Assembly: GCA_963730605.1 (NCBI GenBank) | Contig: CAVSSM010000011.1 | Location: 67,928 to 131,927 of the forward strand | Direction of reading: 5' to 3' | Source: an uncultured Chlamydiae bacterium | GTDB taxonomy: Bacteria > Chlamydiota > Chlamydiia > Chlamydiales > SM23-39 | Length of the DNA: 64,000 nucleotides | In this document: positions 49,560 to 59,743 of the stretch, piece after piece | How positions within the stretch are numbered: position 1 is the first letter of the stretch | How the letters are laid out: the number at the start of each line of letters is the position of its first letter | Made by a program: the position numbers and the translations under genes | Notes under the pieces: generated by a model | Seen by the model: the letters and a program-made list of their open reading frames with translations, nothing else | Database searches by the model: none | What the model was told of the DNA's origin: nothing

Positions 49560-50689
49560 TCGGCACTCTTGGCAACGAAAATACAGCGAGAAGGATCACC
49601 TCCTACTTGAAAGAGAAAGGGATCGACAGCAACTGTGAAATTGCGTTTGATGCTAATACTGGGCAGATGTCGTATCAGCTTTGGATTTTAGACGAAGACA
49701 AGATTCAGGCGGCCGCGGCTGATTTCGAGCGTTTTCAGAAAGAGCCGTCGAACGCTGAATTCGACGCACCTGTACACTTGCGGATGGAAGAAGAGGAGCC
49801 GGCTCCTCAAGAAGAAGAGAGAGAGCAGCAAAGAGAGCAGCGAGGCGTGGCAGGAAAGAAAGCTCCTCTCACGTTGGCCCTTCTCATGCTTTGTTTTTTG
49901 ATTTTTATCTACAACGGCTTCCAGGAGTTGCCGATGCGGGAAGAAGGGCTTGAGAGCGTCTTTTTGATGACTCCGATACAAGCCTCCCTCCTCTATGACA
50001 TCCCACCTGCCATCGACGCGTTGGAAGAGATGCTCGAGCGGCATCCCGTAATCCCGGGACAAAAAGCGGAAAATTTGGCGCCCGAAGTGCAGTCCCGTCT
50101 CCAAGAGATCGAAAAATTGCCAATGTGGAAAGGGATCTACGATTGGATCATCTTAAAAGTCAAAGGGCAAGATACAACGTCCGCCGAGGGCCCTTTGTTT
50201 TTAAAGATCCGGCAGGGGGAAGTATGGCGTCTTTTTTCTCCTTGCGTCCTCCATTCTGAATTCCTCCATATCCTTTTTAATATGATTTGGCTCTGGGTTT
50301 TAGGGCGTCCCATCGAGCAGAGAATCGGCTTTGCAAAAACGGGGGTGCTGACCCTCGTATCGGGCATCGGTTCCAACACCATCCAATATCTTGTCAGCGG
50401 CCCTTTTTTCATCGGCTATTCGGGCGTCGTGATGGCTCTCGCGGGGTTCATTTGGATGAGAGAGAGACTCGCGCCTTGGGAAGGATATCCCTTGAATCGG
50501 ACGACCATCCTTTTTCTTATTCTTTTCGTCGTATCGATGTTCGCCCTCACGTTTGCTTCTTTTTTCCTACAAATTTTTACGAGCATGGCCTTTGCGCCTA
50601 ACATCGCGAATACTGCTCACATCGCTGGAGCTTTGATCGGGGCATTTTTGGGCCGGCTTTCTTTTTTTGCCCAAAGAGCTGCCGCATGA
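49550..50689 (+). CDS. Rhomboid intramembrane serine protease (GlpG-like)
   Basis: [26 protein letters not shown]. Confidence 0.9.
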   Translation: MRLIGTLGNENTARRITSYLKEKGIDSNCEIAFDANTGQMSYQLWILDEDKIQAAAADFERFQKEPSNAEFDAPVHLRMEEEEPAPQEEEREQQREQRGVAGKKAPLTLALLMLCFLIFIYNGFQELPMREEGLESVFLMTPIQASLLYDIPPAIDALEEMLERHPVIPGQKAENLAPEVQSRLQEIEKLPMWKGIYDWIILKVKGQDTTSAEGPLFLKIRQGEVWRLFSPCVLHSEFLHILFNMIWLWVLGRPIEQRIGFAKTGVLTLVSGIGSNTIQYLVSGPFFIGYSGVVMALAGFIWMRERLAPWEGYPLNRTTILFLILFVVSMFALTFASFFLQIFTSMAFAPNIANTAHIAGALIGAFLGRLSFFAQRAAA

Positions 50690-50696
50690 GGATGAA

Positions 50697-51602
50697 GTGA
50701 GCGCGCGAGACTTGATCATTTTGGGGTGCTCGAGCCAGCAGCCCACGCGCTTCCGCAACCATGGAGCCTATCTCTTACGATGGAATGACGAAGGGCTCCT
50801 CTTCGATCCAGGCGAAGGGACCCAGAGGCAATTTATTTTCGCCGATATCGCGCCCCCTTGCGTCACTCGGATCTTCATCAGCCATTTCCATGGGGACCAT
50901 TGTCTTGGCCTCGGCTCGATGCTGATGCGCCTCAACCTCGATAAAGTGACCCATCCGATCCATTGCTATTATCCTGCAAGCGGGAAAAAGTATTTCGACC
51001 GGCTTCGCACGTGCTGCATCTATAAGGAAAATATCCGCGTCGTGGAACATCCGGTGGCACATGCTGGTCTTGTCGAAGATGATGGGAAATTCCGGGTCGA
51101 AGCGGCCTTTCTTGACCATGGGGTTGAAAATGTCGGCTGGCGGATTACGGAGCCCGATGCCGTCAAATTCCATAAAGAAGAGTTGAAAAAACTGGGAATC
51201 GAAGGGCCCGATGTCGGGCGTCTCTTAGAAGAGAGGAGCCTCGAGATCGGCGGCCGGAGAATTGCCCTCGAGGAGGTGAGCCATGTGCGGAAAGGCGATG
51301 TGTTCGCCTATATCGTCGATACTCGTCCCTGTCCTCCCGCTACCGCCTTGGCCAAAGGGGCAAAGATGCTCCTTTGCGAGAGCACCTATCTCGACGAAGA
51401 GAAGGACCTTGCCCATGAATATCAGCACATGACGGCAAAACAAGCGGCGGAGCTTGCCCGGGATGCGGGGGTGCAAACCCTGATCTTGACCCATTTTTCA
51501 GCCCGCTACCGCGATCCGGGAGCGCTGGAGCAGGAGGCGCGGAAAATTTTCCCTCAGTCCTTTGCCGCAGACGATTTAAAAAGATTTCCATTTCCTAAAT
51601 AA
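50697..51602 (+). CDS. rnz: Ribonuclease Z
   Basis: [36 protein letters not shown] start at 50697. Confidence 0.95.
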   Translation: MSARDLIILGCSSQQPTRFRNHGAYLLRWNDEGLLFDPGEGTQRQFIFADIAPPCVTRIFISHFHGDHCLGLGSMLMRLNLDKVTHPIHCYYPASGKKYFDRLRTCCIYKENIRVVEHPVAHAGLVEDDGKFRVEAAFLDHGVENVGWRITEPDAVKFHKEELKKLGIEGPDVGRLLEERSLEIGGRRIALEEVSHVRKGDVFAYIVDTRPCPPATALAKGAKMLLCESTYLDEEKDLAHEYQHMTAKQAAELARDAGVQTLILTHFSARYRDPGALEQEARKIFPQSFAADDLKRFPFPK

Positions 51603-51619
51603 CCTGAGTTTTGGGCCAA

Positions 51620-51987
51620 GAACCTATCCGAATAAATTATTAACACAACATACTCTATGTCAATGTTAAACGCTTGCTAGATTCGAGTCATTGAAAAGAT
51701 CAGCACGGAGAAAAATCGAAACAAAGGTCGAGAGTTCGCAGAGGAATAAGAATTCGAGTCGGGACGGGACCTTGCCCTGAGCAAAGGAGGTGCCTCTGTC
51801 CTTACTGCTCTCGAGATCTTTGAAGAAGAGATAAAAGGTAGATCAATTTCCTTTACTCAGGACGGGGTCCGTCCTTACTCCAAATTTCAATTCTCTCTCG
51901 CCCTCTCGATCTCAATTTTGATTTATCTCTGCGCTGATCCTTCTCAGAAGCCTGTTATTTGCGAGAAGTATTTATTCGGATAGGTTC
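51620..51987. mobile_element. 368-bp palindromic MITE-like element
   Basis: Perfect 18-bp TIR GAACCTATCCGAATAAAT, AA flanks, long imperfect internal inverted arms. Confidence 0.85.
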
Positions 51988-52170
51988 AACAAACCCTCCA
52001 ATTCCTGTCATGCTCATGCCAGGACAACGCGAATGCCTAATATAAATAATTTACTTAACAATGAGAAGAAGGTTAATATAAATATTAAAATTTTCACAGT
52101 ATATATTTATTAATATTGTTGCAAAATAAACATATTTTAATTATAATTACATGCGAATAACATCTTAACT

Positions 52171-54549
52171 ATGGTGAAAATAATGTCTTCTATTGATCAT
52201 TTTTCTCAAACTATCGCTCCGGCCACTGCTCCCTGGACTGCTAGCCAACTTGCAGGAGCTTGCACCCCACACGTCGATGCGGAATGTATACGTGAGATCC
52301 GGTTAGCGACGGTGTTCGATAATCATGGCAATCGAGATCGGCAAGATATTTCAGATTTAACTACTGCAAACCATAAAAGATATGCTGACAAGTGGAATTT
52401 AAGGCATGACGTCGTCACAGAAAGTTTGGTCGCCGGTCAATGTACAAATCCCCTTACCCAGATGGCTGTGAGCTGTTCGGCCTATTGGAATAAAATTAAG
52501 TATTTCGTGAACTGGTGCAATGAGCCAGCGAGGCAAGGAATTGAAGAATGGGCAATCTATGCGGATGACGATGCGGTCTATACGAATTTTGAAATCGATC
52601 CCGATCAGGCCATTGACGAGCTTCGCGGCGAAAAAGACACCAGCTTCATCATAGCGATTGAAGGACCCGCAACGCCCTATCCAGAAAATGAAGGAGGCTC
52701 TGCAAGAGGTTCTATTATTGGACCGGCCAATACTGGGGTCATGATCGTAAGGAAGGATGCGAAAGGGTGTGGCGTCATTGAGAGAATTTGGAATAAGCGA
52801 GATAAAGAAACACCGAAAGATCGATTCGATCCGACTTGTCCGACCCGGGGCATCTGCAAGGATCAAAGGCATGGAGATGAACAGGGCGCCCTCGATGAGG
52901 TCCTATATGGGGACATCCCCTCATCGATAGGACGCGACGTCACTCGCATCTCACCCCGCGACGTTTTTTCTCCTACAAGATCCCATATCGCTCTCAATAC
53001 ACTTCACCGCGGCGGCTGTGTGCAGGCATTTAAAAACGGGGACATCGGCGGCCCCTTCGACATTATGCTTCACGATCTCAAAATTAGCCGAGAAGGGATT
53101 TGGCACCCAAGCGATTGGATCGGGCAGACTGCAGGATATCCCATGTACGGCAGAGATCTCTCGTACCAACCACTAGGCGATTGTAAAGAAGACGCAGAGA
53201 AGCCAATCGAACCGATTCGAATCAAAAAGGTGAAAAACCTACTCACAGCTGCTGACTTCTCTGTATCCAACCCCCCAAGAGCAAAAGAGAAAAAAAAGAA
53301 TCAATTTTTATATAAACAGGAATCTAGGACAACTGAAACGTCTCTACATTCTCCCACTACTTGCCGTCTTCCAATCGGCCAAGCGCGCGCGTCTCGCAGT
53401 CTGATCCTGGGGACAGCTTATGACAATAGGGGCGAACCAAAACGAGACGCTATCTCTGGCCTAGTGAACGCGAACCATGGCGAATATGCTCAAATATGGG
53501 GCATGCGCCATACCGTCTCATCGGAAACCTTGCTCCAGAATGCCTGCACCGATCCCTATACTGAGACAGCCGCCGATTGCGCACCCTATTGGAATAAGAT
53601 TCAACTATTGCGAGAATGGCTCAAAGAACCGAAGGAACCTGGAGTGGAAGAAGAATGGTTCTTCTTCGTCGATGACGATATGGTCGTCACCAATCTAGAG
53701 ATCGATCCTTATCTCGCGATCGATCAGCTCCGGAAAGGTGATGAGAGTGTCGTCATTCTAAGAGACGTCGTCAACTGGCTGCCTTGGAGATTCCCAAAAG
53801 ACGTAAATGATGATCGGACAGCAGTCAATACAGGCTTGATGCTAATCAGAAAAGACGATGCAGCCAGAGATTTCATCGAAAGAATTTGGAGTCATCGACA
53901 GGATGCCGTAAACAACCTGGAAGAGCCTGTTTGCCCGACTCTCGGGATGTGCAAGAATCAAAACTCTCTCCATGAGCAAGAAGCTGCAGCAAAAGTCTTG
54001 AAAGAAGACCCGAGTTTAATGGATCGGGTTGTAGCTGTTCCCCTTCCACGCGATACCAGCGCACCCTGCAGAATAGCTGCGAATACGTTCAAACGAGAGG
54101 GATGTTTCGTAAGAAAACAGCACAATTGGGATGCGAATGCATTCAGCTACTATGAAGGCGATCGATGGAGTCCATGGGGAGCATTCCGCCCTGGAGATTG
54201 GATGGCGCAGACGGCTGGAGTTCCTATTTGGGGAAAATTGATTCCACTCCAAGCTGCTGAAGCTTGCCATGATGACCCCAATATTCCCGAAACCGCTATT
54301 CGAAAACAATATATCGAAGACTTGCTTGCCGAAAGCAGCAAGACGAGGAAATCCAACACAACGAATTCCCAGGGCGAGAGCATCAAAATGCAAAATTCAG
54401 TTGACCCGCTAACCTCCTACGGGCAAGTGAGTGGCAACGCCGGTTCGGGTGAACCGCCGGAGATACTCTCTGACCAAGTAGGCAACATAGGGGGTCCGCT
54501 GACATTCCGAATTCAACATTTGAAATGCAAAATTCAGTTGACCCGCTAA
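52171..54549 (+). CDS. Protein with two tandem GT34-like (GMA12/MNN10-type) glycosyltransferase domains
   Basis: Each half has ANH..YA..W, YWNKI, DDD..TN, NTG.M..RK, IERIW and EQ.A. Confidence 0.7.
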   Translation: MVKIMSSIDHFSQTIAPATAPWTASQLAGACTPHVDAECIREIRLATVFDNHGNRDRQDISDLTTANHKRYADKWNLRHDVVTESLVAGQCTNPLTQMAVSCSAYWNKIKYFVNWCNEPARQGIEEWAIYADDDAVYTNFEIDPDQAIDELRGEKDTSFIIAIEGPATPYPENEGGSARGSIIGPANTGVMIVRKDAKGCGVIERIWNKRDKETPKDRFDPTCPTRGICKDQRHGDEQGALDEVLYGDIPSSIGRDVTRISPRDVFSPTRSHIALNTLHRGGCVQAFKNGDIGGPFDIMLHDLKISREGIWHPSDWIGQTAGYPMYGRDLSYQPLGDCKEDAEKPIEPIRIKKVKNLLTAADFSVSNPPRAKEKKKNQFLYKQESRTTETSLHSPTTCRLPIGQARASRSLILGTAYDNRGEPKRDAISGLVNANHGEYAQIWGMRHTVSSETLLQNACTDPYTETAADCAPYWNKIQLLREWLKEPKEPGVEEEWFFFVDDDMVVTNLEIDPYLAIDQLRKGDESVVILRDVVNWLPWRFPKDVNDDRTAVNTGLMLIRKDDAARDFIERIWSHRQDAVNNLEEPVCPTLGMCKNQNSLHEQEAAAKVLKEDPSLMDRVVAVPLPRDTSAPCRIAANTFKREGCFVRKQHNWDANAFSYYEGDRWSPWGAFRPGDWMAQTAGVPIWGKLIPLQAAEACHDDPNIPETAIRKQYIEDLLAESSKTRKSNTTNSQGESIKMQNSVDPLTSYGQVSGNAGSGEPPEILSDQVGNIGGPLTFRIQHLKCKIQLTR

Positions 54550-54680
54550 CCTCCTACGGGCAAGTGAGTGGCAACGCCGGTTCGGGTGAACCGCCGGAGA
54601 TACTCTCTGACCAAGTAGGCAACATAGGGGGTCCGCTGACATTCCGAATTCAACATTTGATGCGCTCGCCCTGGGAATTC
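54363..54680. mobile_element. Palindromic element containing a perfect 137-bp tandem duplication (54386-54522, 54523-54659)
   Basis: TIR GAATTCCCAGGGCGAGAGCATCAAA / TTTGATGCGCTCGCCCTGGGAATTC. Confidence 0.88.
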
Positions 54681-54805
54681 CCGAGTTTGACAAATACATG
54701 TCATTGTAGATGAGGATATTGCAAAAGTTCAAAACGGTTTGGGGCACTACATCTGTTGAGTTAATGTTTTGCTCCTATGATTGCCGATTTATTTCAGTTT
54801 AGACA

Positions 54806-55528
54806 TCAGGCCAGACTTCTAATCTCCTGGGCGGCGATCGCGAAAGCGCAGGCAACGTTCAGGGAATTTTTCATGCCGCAAAGCGGGATCTCCACCAAGT
54901 GATCGGCGATCCTTAAAGCTTCGTCCGATACCCCGTATTCCTCATTCCCCAAGATCAGCGTAAAGCTTCTTGGGAAAAGATAGTTGGAAATAGGGATGGC
55001 CTCATCACTGGTATCGAGAACAATGAGCGGGCGAGGAAGCGTAGAAAGAGGGACGCCTCGATGGACAGGAACGATTTCGGCTGCGCCCATTGCTGTCCGT
55101 CGCACTTTTTCATTATCGATGAAAGGGGTCTTTTCGGAAAAATAGACGGCGCCGATCCGGAGCGCTTCGACAGTCCTAAGGATGCTGCCGACATTGTATG
55201 CGGAGCGGACATTGTCGAGATAGATGGCCGCCGGCAAGAAGTCGGCCGTAGGACTCCGGTCGCTTTTCCGGATCGAAGGAAGAAGGTTGTGCTCTTTCAG
55301 GCAGAGGCCGGCCGCGCTGAGGTGCCAATGATAGCGGTCGGCAAGAGCTTTTAGGCCTGAGTATTCGAAAGGGAGGAGTTTCATCCAGGAGAGCCAGGCC
55401 TCATATTCGCTGAAAGAGGCTTCCTCGCTCTGGCAGATCCGCTCGAAAGAGGCCCGGATGAACTCAGCGCATTTCTTGTGCCGCTGCTTGAGGTCCAGCG
55501 ACAAGAATTTGCGTTTGGTAAATATCAC
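54806..55528 (-). CDS. TrmH/SpoU family RNA methyltransferase
   Basis: LDNVRSAYNVGSILRT, LGNEEYG, SLNVA. Confidence 0.9.
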   Translation of the reverse strand: MIFTKRKFLSLDLKQRHKKCAEFIRASFERICQSEEASFSEYEAWLSWMKLLPFEYSGLKALADRYHWHLSAAGLCLKEHNLLPSIRKSDRSPTADFLPAAIYLDNVRSAYNVGSILRTVEALRIGAVYFSEKTPFIDNEKVRRTAMGAAEIVPVHRGVPLSTLPRPLIVLDTSDEAIPISNYLFPRSFTLILGNEEYGVSDEALRIADHLVEIPLCGMKNSLNVACAFAIAAQEIRSLA

Positions 55529-57123
55529 TTCGCAGCCAGCGCCTTTTTCTTTTCGAGGTATTCTTCGAGCGGGCCTTGATGGAAATGGATCCCGTTTTCT
55601 TCAAAAGCGATGATCTTCGTGGCAAACCCGTTGATGAGCTCCCTGTCATGCGTCGCTGCAATGGCAGTGCCTTTAAAATCTTCCAGGCCCCAGGCAAGCG
55701 CTGACACGGCTTCGAGGTCGAGGTGGTTATTCGGCTCGTCGAGGATGAGGAAATTAGGGGCCGTGAGGAGAAGCGAGCCGAGGATGAGGCGCGCTGTTTC
55801 TCCTCCGGAAAGGTTGCGGACCGGTTTGAACGCGTCATCTCCGCTAAACAGCATCTTTCCTAAAACGCCCCGGACATCCTGGTCGTAGACGATCTCTTTG
55901 CGGCTCTTCAGCCAGTCAAAAGCGGTTTGGTCTGTGTGCTTGTTTAGGACATCGCCGTGATTTTGGGAAAAATAGCCGATCTCAGCTGCGTGGCCTAGAG
56001 TTATTTTTCCACTGTCCAAAGGGAGGACCCCCGCCAGCAATTTGAGAAGCGTCGTCTTGCCGCGGCCGTTATTCCCGATGACAGCAATTTTGTCCCCTCG
56101 GTGGATTTCCAATGAAAAATCGCGCATCACTGGGGAACCGCCTTCATAACTTTTCGTTAGTTTTTCCGCCTTCAAAACGACTTGCCCCGACTGCTTTTCG
56201 GGAATGGCGAAACGGATGTAAGGGCGTTGGATATTCGATTTTTTCAACTCCATCGGCTGCAGGCGCTGGATTTCCCGGACGCGGGATTGCACTTGGCTTG
56301 CGCGGGTGCCGGCTCCGAATTTGGCGACGAACTCCTTCAATTGGGAGATTTTTTTCTCTTTCGCCTTGTTCTCATCGTCAGCGCGGGCGCGCACCGCCGT
56401 TTTTGCGACGAGCATCATGTCGTAATTGCCGGGATAGGTGATGATCGTGTCATAGTCGATATCGGCGATATGGGTGCAGATCGAGTTTAGGAAATGCCGG
56501 TCATGGCTTACGACGACGAGTGTCCCTGTGTAGTTATGGAGAAACTCCTCCAGCCAAGAAATCGAATCGAGATCGAGGTGGTTCGTCGGCTCATCGAGTA
56601 GGAGGGCTTGGGGATGGCCGAAAAGGGCCTGGGCGAGCAATACCCGGAATTGCCGGTCGGTCGGAATCTCATGCATCTTTTTGCGGTGCAGCTCCTCGGG
56701 GATCCCCATGCCGATGAGGAGGATCTCGGCCTCTGATTCCGCGGAGTATCCCTCTTCGTCGGCGATCGCCTCTTCGAGCTCGCCAAGACGAATGCCGATG
56801 GCGTCGGTCATCTCTTCCTCGTAGAGACGGTCTCTTTCCTGCAGCACTTCCCAAAGACGGGCATTGCCCATGATGACCGTATCGATGACTGAAAAATCTT
56901 TGAAATCTTCGATCCGCTGCTTCAGGAAACCGACTTTTTTCGGCAGCGTGACGATCCCGGTCGTCTGGGGCTCTAACCCCATGATGATCTTGAGGAGAGT
57001 CGACTTGCCGGATCCGTTCGGTCCGGTCAGTCCGTACCGGCATCCCTCATTGAATGTAAAAGTGACCTCTTCAAATAAAGTGCGGGTTCCCACCCGTTTG
57101 GAGATCTTTTCCAGGGTAATCAT
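55525..57123 (-). CDS. ABC-F family ATP-binding protein (YbiT-like)
   Basis: Two ABC cassettes (GPNGSGKST, GNNGRGKTT), LDEPTNHLD, no TM segments. Confidence 0.92.
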   Translation of the reverse strand: MITLEKISKRVGTRTLFEEVTFTFNEGCRYGLTGPNGSGKSTLLKIIMGLEPQTTGIVTLPKKVGFLKQRIEDFKDFSVIDTVIMGNARLWEVLQERDRLYEEEMTDAIGIRLGELEEAIADEEGYSAESEAEILLIGMGIPEELHRKKMHEIPTDRQFRVLLAQALFGHPQALLLDEPTNHLDLDSISWLEEFLHNYTGTLVVVSHDRHFLNSICTHIADIDYDTIITYPGNYDMMLVAKTAVRARADDENKAKEKKISQLKEFVAKFGAGTRASQVQSRVREIQRLQPMELKKSNIQRPYIRFAIPEKQSGQVVLKAEKLTKSYEGGSPVMRDFSLEIHRGDKIAVIGNNGRGKTTLLKLLAGVLPLDSGKITLGHAAEIGYFSQNHGDVLNKHTDQTAFDWLKSRKEIVYDQDVRGVLGKMLFSGDDAFKPVRNLSGGETARLILGSLLLTAPNFLILDEPNNHLDLEAVSALAWGLEDFKGTAIAATHDRELINGFATKIIAFEENGIHFHQGPLEEYLEKKKALAAK

Positions 57124-57157
57124 GACCTCATGATAGCATGAAGAAAAGGAAATCTCA

Positions 57158-58060
57158 ATGCTAGAGTTTAGCCAGGCCGTGCCGCGCTTTTTGTCCCACC
57201 TTGGGCTCGCGAGCGGGGCCTCGGAGCACACCCTGAGAGCCTACCGGCTCGACCTGGAAGCCCTTGCCGTATTCGCAAAGGGAGAGCCGATTTCCAAACG
57301 GCTCATCCGCCGCTATCTGGCCCACCTCCATGAAAGCGGCATGAGCGTCCGGACCGTTTTAAGGCGCCTTTCGGCCCTTAGGAGTTTTTTTAAATTCGCC
57401 ATGCGGGAAAAACTCGTAAAGCAAAATCCCTTAGAAGAGATCGAGAGCCCAAAGAAAGAAAAAAGGCTTCCGGTATGGATCACCTACGCCGAGGTGGAGA
57501 TCCTCTTTTCACAGCCCGATACTTCGACCTATTTGGGCCTCCGCGACCGGGCCATCATGGAGCTTTTCTATAGCTCGGGACTCCGTTTGAGCGAGCTTGC
57601 TTTTTTGAGCCGAGGCTGTTGCGACTTGAAAAATCAAACGCTCCGCATCTTCGGCAAAGGGAAGAAGGAGAGGCAGACGCCCATTACGAAAACGGCGGCG
57701 GAATGGATAAGCAATTATTTAACCCATCCCGAGCGGCCGTTCATTGAAAAGGATCCGGAGGCCGTTTTTTTAAACAAATGGGGCATGAGGCTGACGCCCC
57801 GTTCGATCGATCGGAATTTCGCGGCGTATCTCAAGGCAAGCGGACTTTCCGAGAGGATCACGCCCCACACGATCCGCCACAGCATCGCGACCCATTGGCT
57901 CGAAAATGGGATGGATTTGAAAACGATCCAGATGCTCCTCGGCCATACAACGCTTTCGACAACGACGATCTACACGCATGTTTCCGCCAAGCTAAAACGG
58001 GAAGTCTACGACAAGGCCCACCCTCGGGCAAAACATATTGCGACCGGTCAAAAAGAGTGA
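57158..58060 (+). CDS. xerC: Tyrosine recombinase XerC
   Basis: RDRAIMELFYSSGLRLSEL, GKGKKER, PHTIRHSIATH, LLGH, IYTHV, HPRA. Confidence 0.88.
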   Translation: MLEFSQAVPRFLSHLGLASGASEHTLRAYRLDLEALAVFAKGEPISKRLIRRYLAHLHESGMSVRTVLRRLSALRSFFKFAMREKLVKQNPLEEIESPKKEKRLPVWITYAEVEILFSQPDTSTYLGLRDRAIMELFYSSGLRLSELAFLSRGCCDLKNQTLRIFGKGKKERQTPITKTAAEWISNYLTHPERPFIEKDPEAVFLNKWGMRLTPRSIDRNFAAYLKASGLSERITPHTIRHSIATHWLENGMDLKTIQMLLGHTTLSTTTIYTHVSAKLKREVYDKAHPRAKHIATGQKE

Positions 58061-58321
58061 ATCTGCCGGCGTCCTACCCCAAAGATGATGCATCTTTTGG
58101 GGACCCCTCGGACAGCCACTGAATTTGAGACCCGCCTGCACCCCACCCCAAAGACGATGCGTCTTCGTGGACCCCGGCGCTAAACTTTTCAAGTTTAGCT
58201 GCTTCGACGCCGACTTCGTCTGGCTCAAATTCAGGGCGCTGCTTCGCACAAAAAATGTCTCCTAGACATTTTTTGTGATTCCGCAGTGGCAGTTTTCACT
58301 CTTTTTGACCGGTCGCAATAT
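58035..58321. mobile_element. 287-bp composite palindromic element supplying the xerC stop codon
   Basis: Perfect 27-bp TIR ATATTGCGACCGGTCAAAAAGAGTGAA; REP-like units at 58077-58107 and 58141-58176; shared core in reverse orientation. Confidence 0.9.
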
Positions 58322-58360
58322 AGATTTTCTTTTTTCCTTGCCTCGCCCTATACTCAAGTC

Positions 58361-59734
58361 ATGAGCAAAAAAATCACTCTCTTTTCTCTCGTTTGCTTGG
58401 TCGTCTCGGCCATCGACAGCATCCGGAATCTTCCCTCGCAGGCGCTCTTCGGCAGCTCCCTCATCTTTTTCTTTGTCCTCTCTGCGTTGGTCTTTCTCAT
58501 TCCCGTCTCGCTCCTTTCCGCCGAACTTTCCTCGCGCTATTCCGAAGAAGGGGGCATTTTTCATTGGGTGCGGCATGCGTTCGGCAATAAAACGGCTATG
58601 GTCGCTATTTGGCTGCAGTGGATCAATACTGTCGTTTGGTATCCGACGATTCTCTCTTTCATTGCCGGAACCGCGGCTTATCTCTTCGATCCGCAACTCG
58701 CGCAAAATAAAGGGTTCCTCGCTGCCGTCATCCTAATCGTATTCTGGAGCCTGACCGCATTGAGCCTGGGCGGGGTCCGCGTGTCAGCGAAGATCAATAC
58801 GGTTTGCGTCATCATCGGGACGATTCTGCCAATGCTACTCCTCATTGCATTCGGCATCGCTTGGTGGGTTTCTGGCCACGGGGTCCAAATTTCATTCGGA
58901 GCAAGCGATATTTTCCCGACGCTTAAAGCCTCGGAGAATTGGGTCTCGCTCATTGCGATCATGGCCTCTTTTTTGGGGATGGAGCTATCGGGAGTTCATG
59001 TAAGCGACATCAAGGATCCCCAAAGAAATTTTCCTAGAGCGATGGGTCTTTCCGTATTGGTCCTGGTTGTTACCATGCTTTTCGGATCGTTATCGATCGC
59101 GGCCGTCATCCCTGAAAAGGAGATCCGCCTGGTCGACGGGATCATGCAGACCTTCACTCAATTCTTCGCGAGCTTCAATATTCCAGTGTCAGGCGCGATT
59201 TTGGCATTGCTCATCATTGTGGGCAGCCTTGGCAACATCATCAACTGGCTTATTTCCCCTTCCAAAGGGTTGCTCCAAGCCTCTAAATATGGATTTCTTC
59301 CCTCCTTTTTTTCCAAACAGAGTGAGAAAGGGGTCCCAGTCCGGATCATGATCGCCCAAGCGGTTCTGGTATCCGTTTTTTGCCTTGCATTCGTCTTACT
59401 GCCGAGCATCAACGCTTTTTACTGGTTTTTGACCGCGCTCAGCACTGAAATGTACATGATCATGTACGTGATGATGTTTGCCGCTGGGATGAAACTCGGC
59501 CCACCGACGCGCGGCTCCGGCGCATTCCAAATATGGAAAGGGACAAGGCTGTTGACTTGTCTCATCGGGCTTGCTGGGTGTTTCTTAACCATCGTGGTCG
59601 GTTTTTTCCCGCCGACAGGAATCGATGTAGGCGGTGCTATGCGCTATGCGCTCTTAATTGCCATCGGCAACATCGTCCTGATCCTGCCAGTTGCTGGGCT
59701 GTTGATCTATACCGCTCGCAGGAAGGTTTTGTGA
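58361..59734 (+). CDS. APC-family amino acid permease
   Basis: IDSIRNLP, SAELSS..GGIFHWVRHAFG, WYPTIL; paralogous to 34440..35834. Confidence 0.88.
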   Translation: MSKKITLFSLVCLVVSAIDSIRNLPSQALFGSSLIFFFVLSALVFLIPVSLLSAELSSRYSEEGGIFHWVRHAFGNKTAMVAIWLQWINTVVWYPTILSFIAGTAAYLFDPQLAQNKGFLAAVILIVFWSLTALSLGGVRVSAKINTVCVIIGTILPMLLLIAFGIAWWVSGHGVQISFGASDIFPTLKASENWVSLIAIMASFLGMELSGVHVSDIKDPQRNFPRAMGLSVLVLVVTMLFGSLSIAAVIPEKEIRLVDGIMQTFTQFFASFNIPVSGAILALLIIVGSLGNIINWLISPSKGLLQASKYGFLPSFFSKQSEKGVPVRIMIAQAVLVSVFCLAFVLLPSINAFYWFLTALSTEMYMIMYVMMFAAGMKLGPPTRGSGAFQIWKGTRLLTCLIGLAGCFLTIVVGFFPPTGIDVGGAMRYALLIAIGNIVLILPVAGLLIYTARRKVL

Positions 59735-59743
59735 ATGCAGTAT

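Noticed and set aside
54386..54659. Possible CRISPR array
   Set aside because: Two adjacent identical 137-bp units with no spacers and no cas genes
57158..58060. Tyrosine recombinase as the mobiliser of the palindromic elements or the island
   Set aside because: Its sequence and conserved position indicate housekeeping XerC
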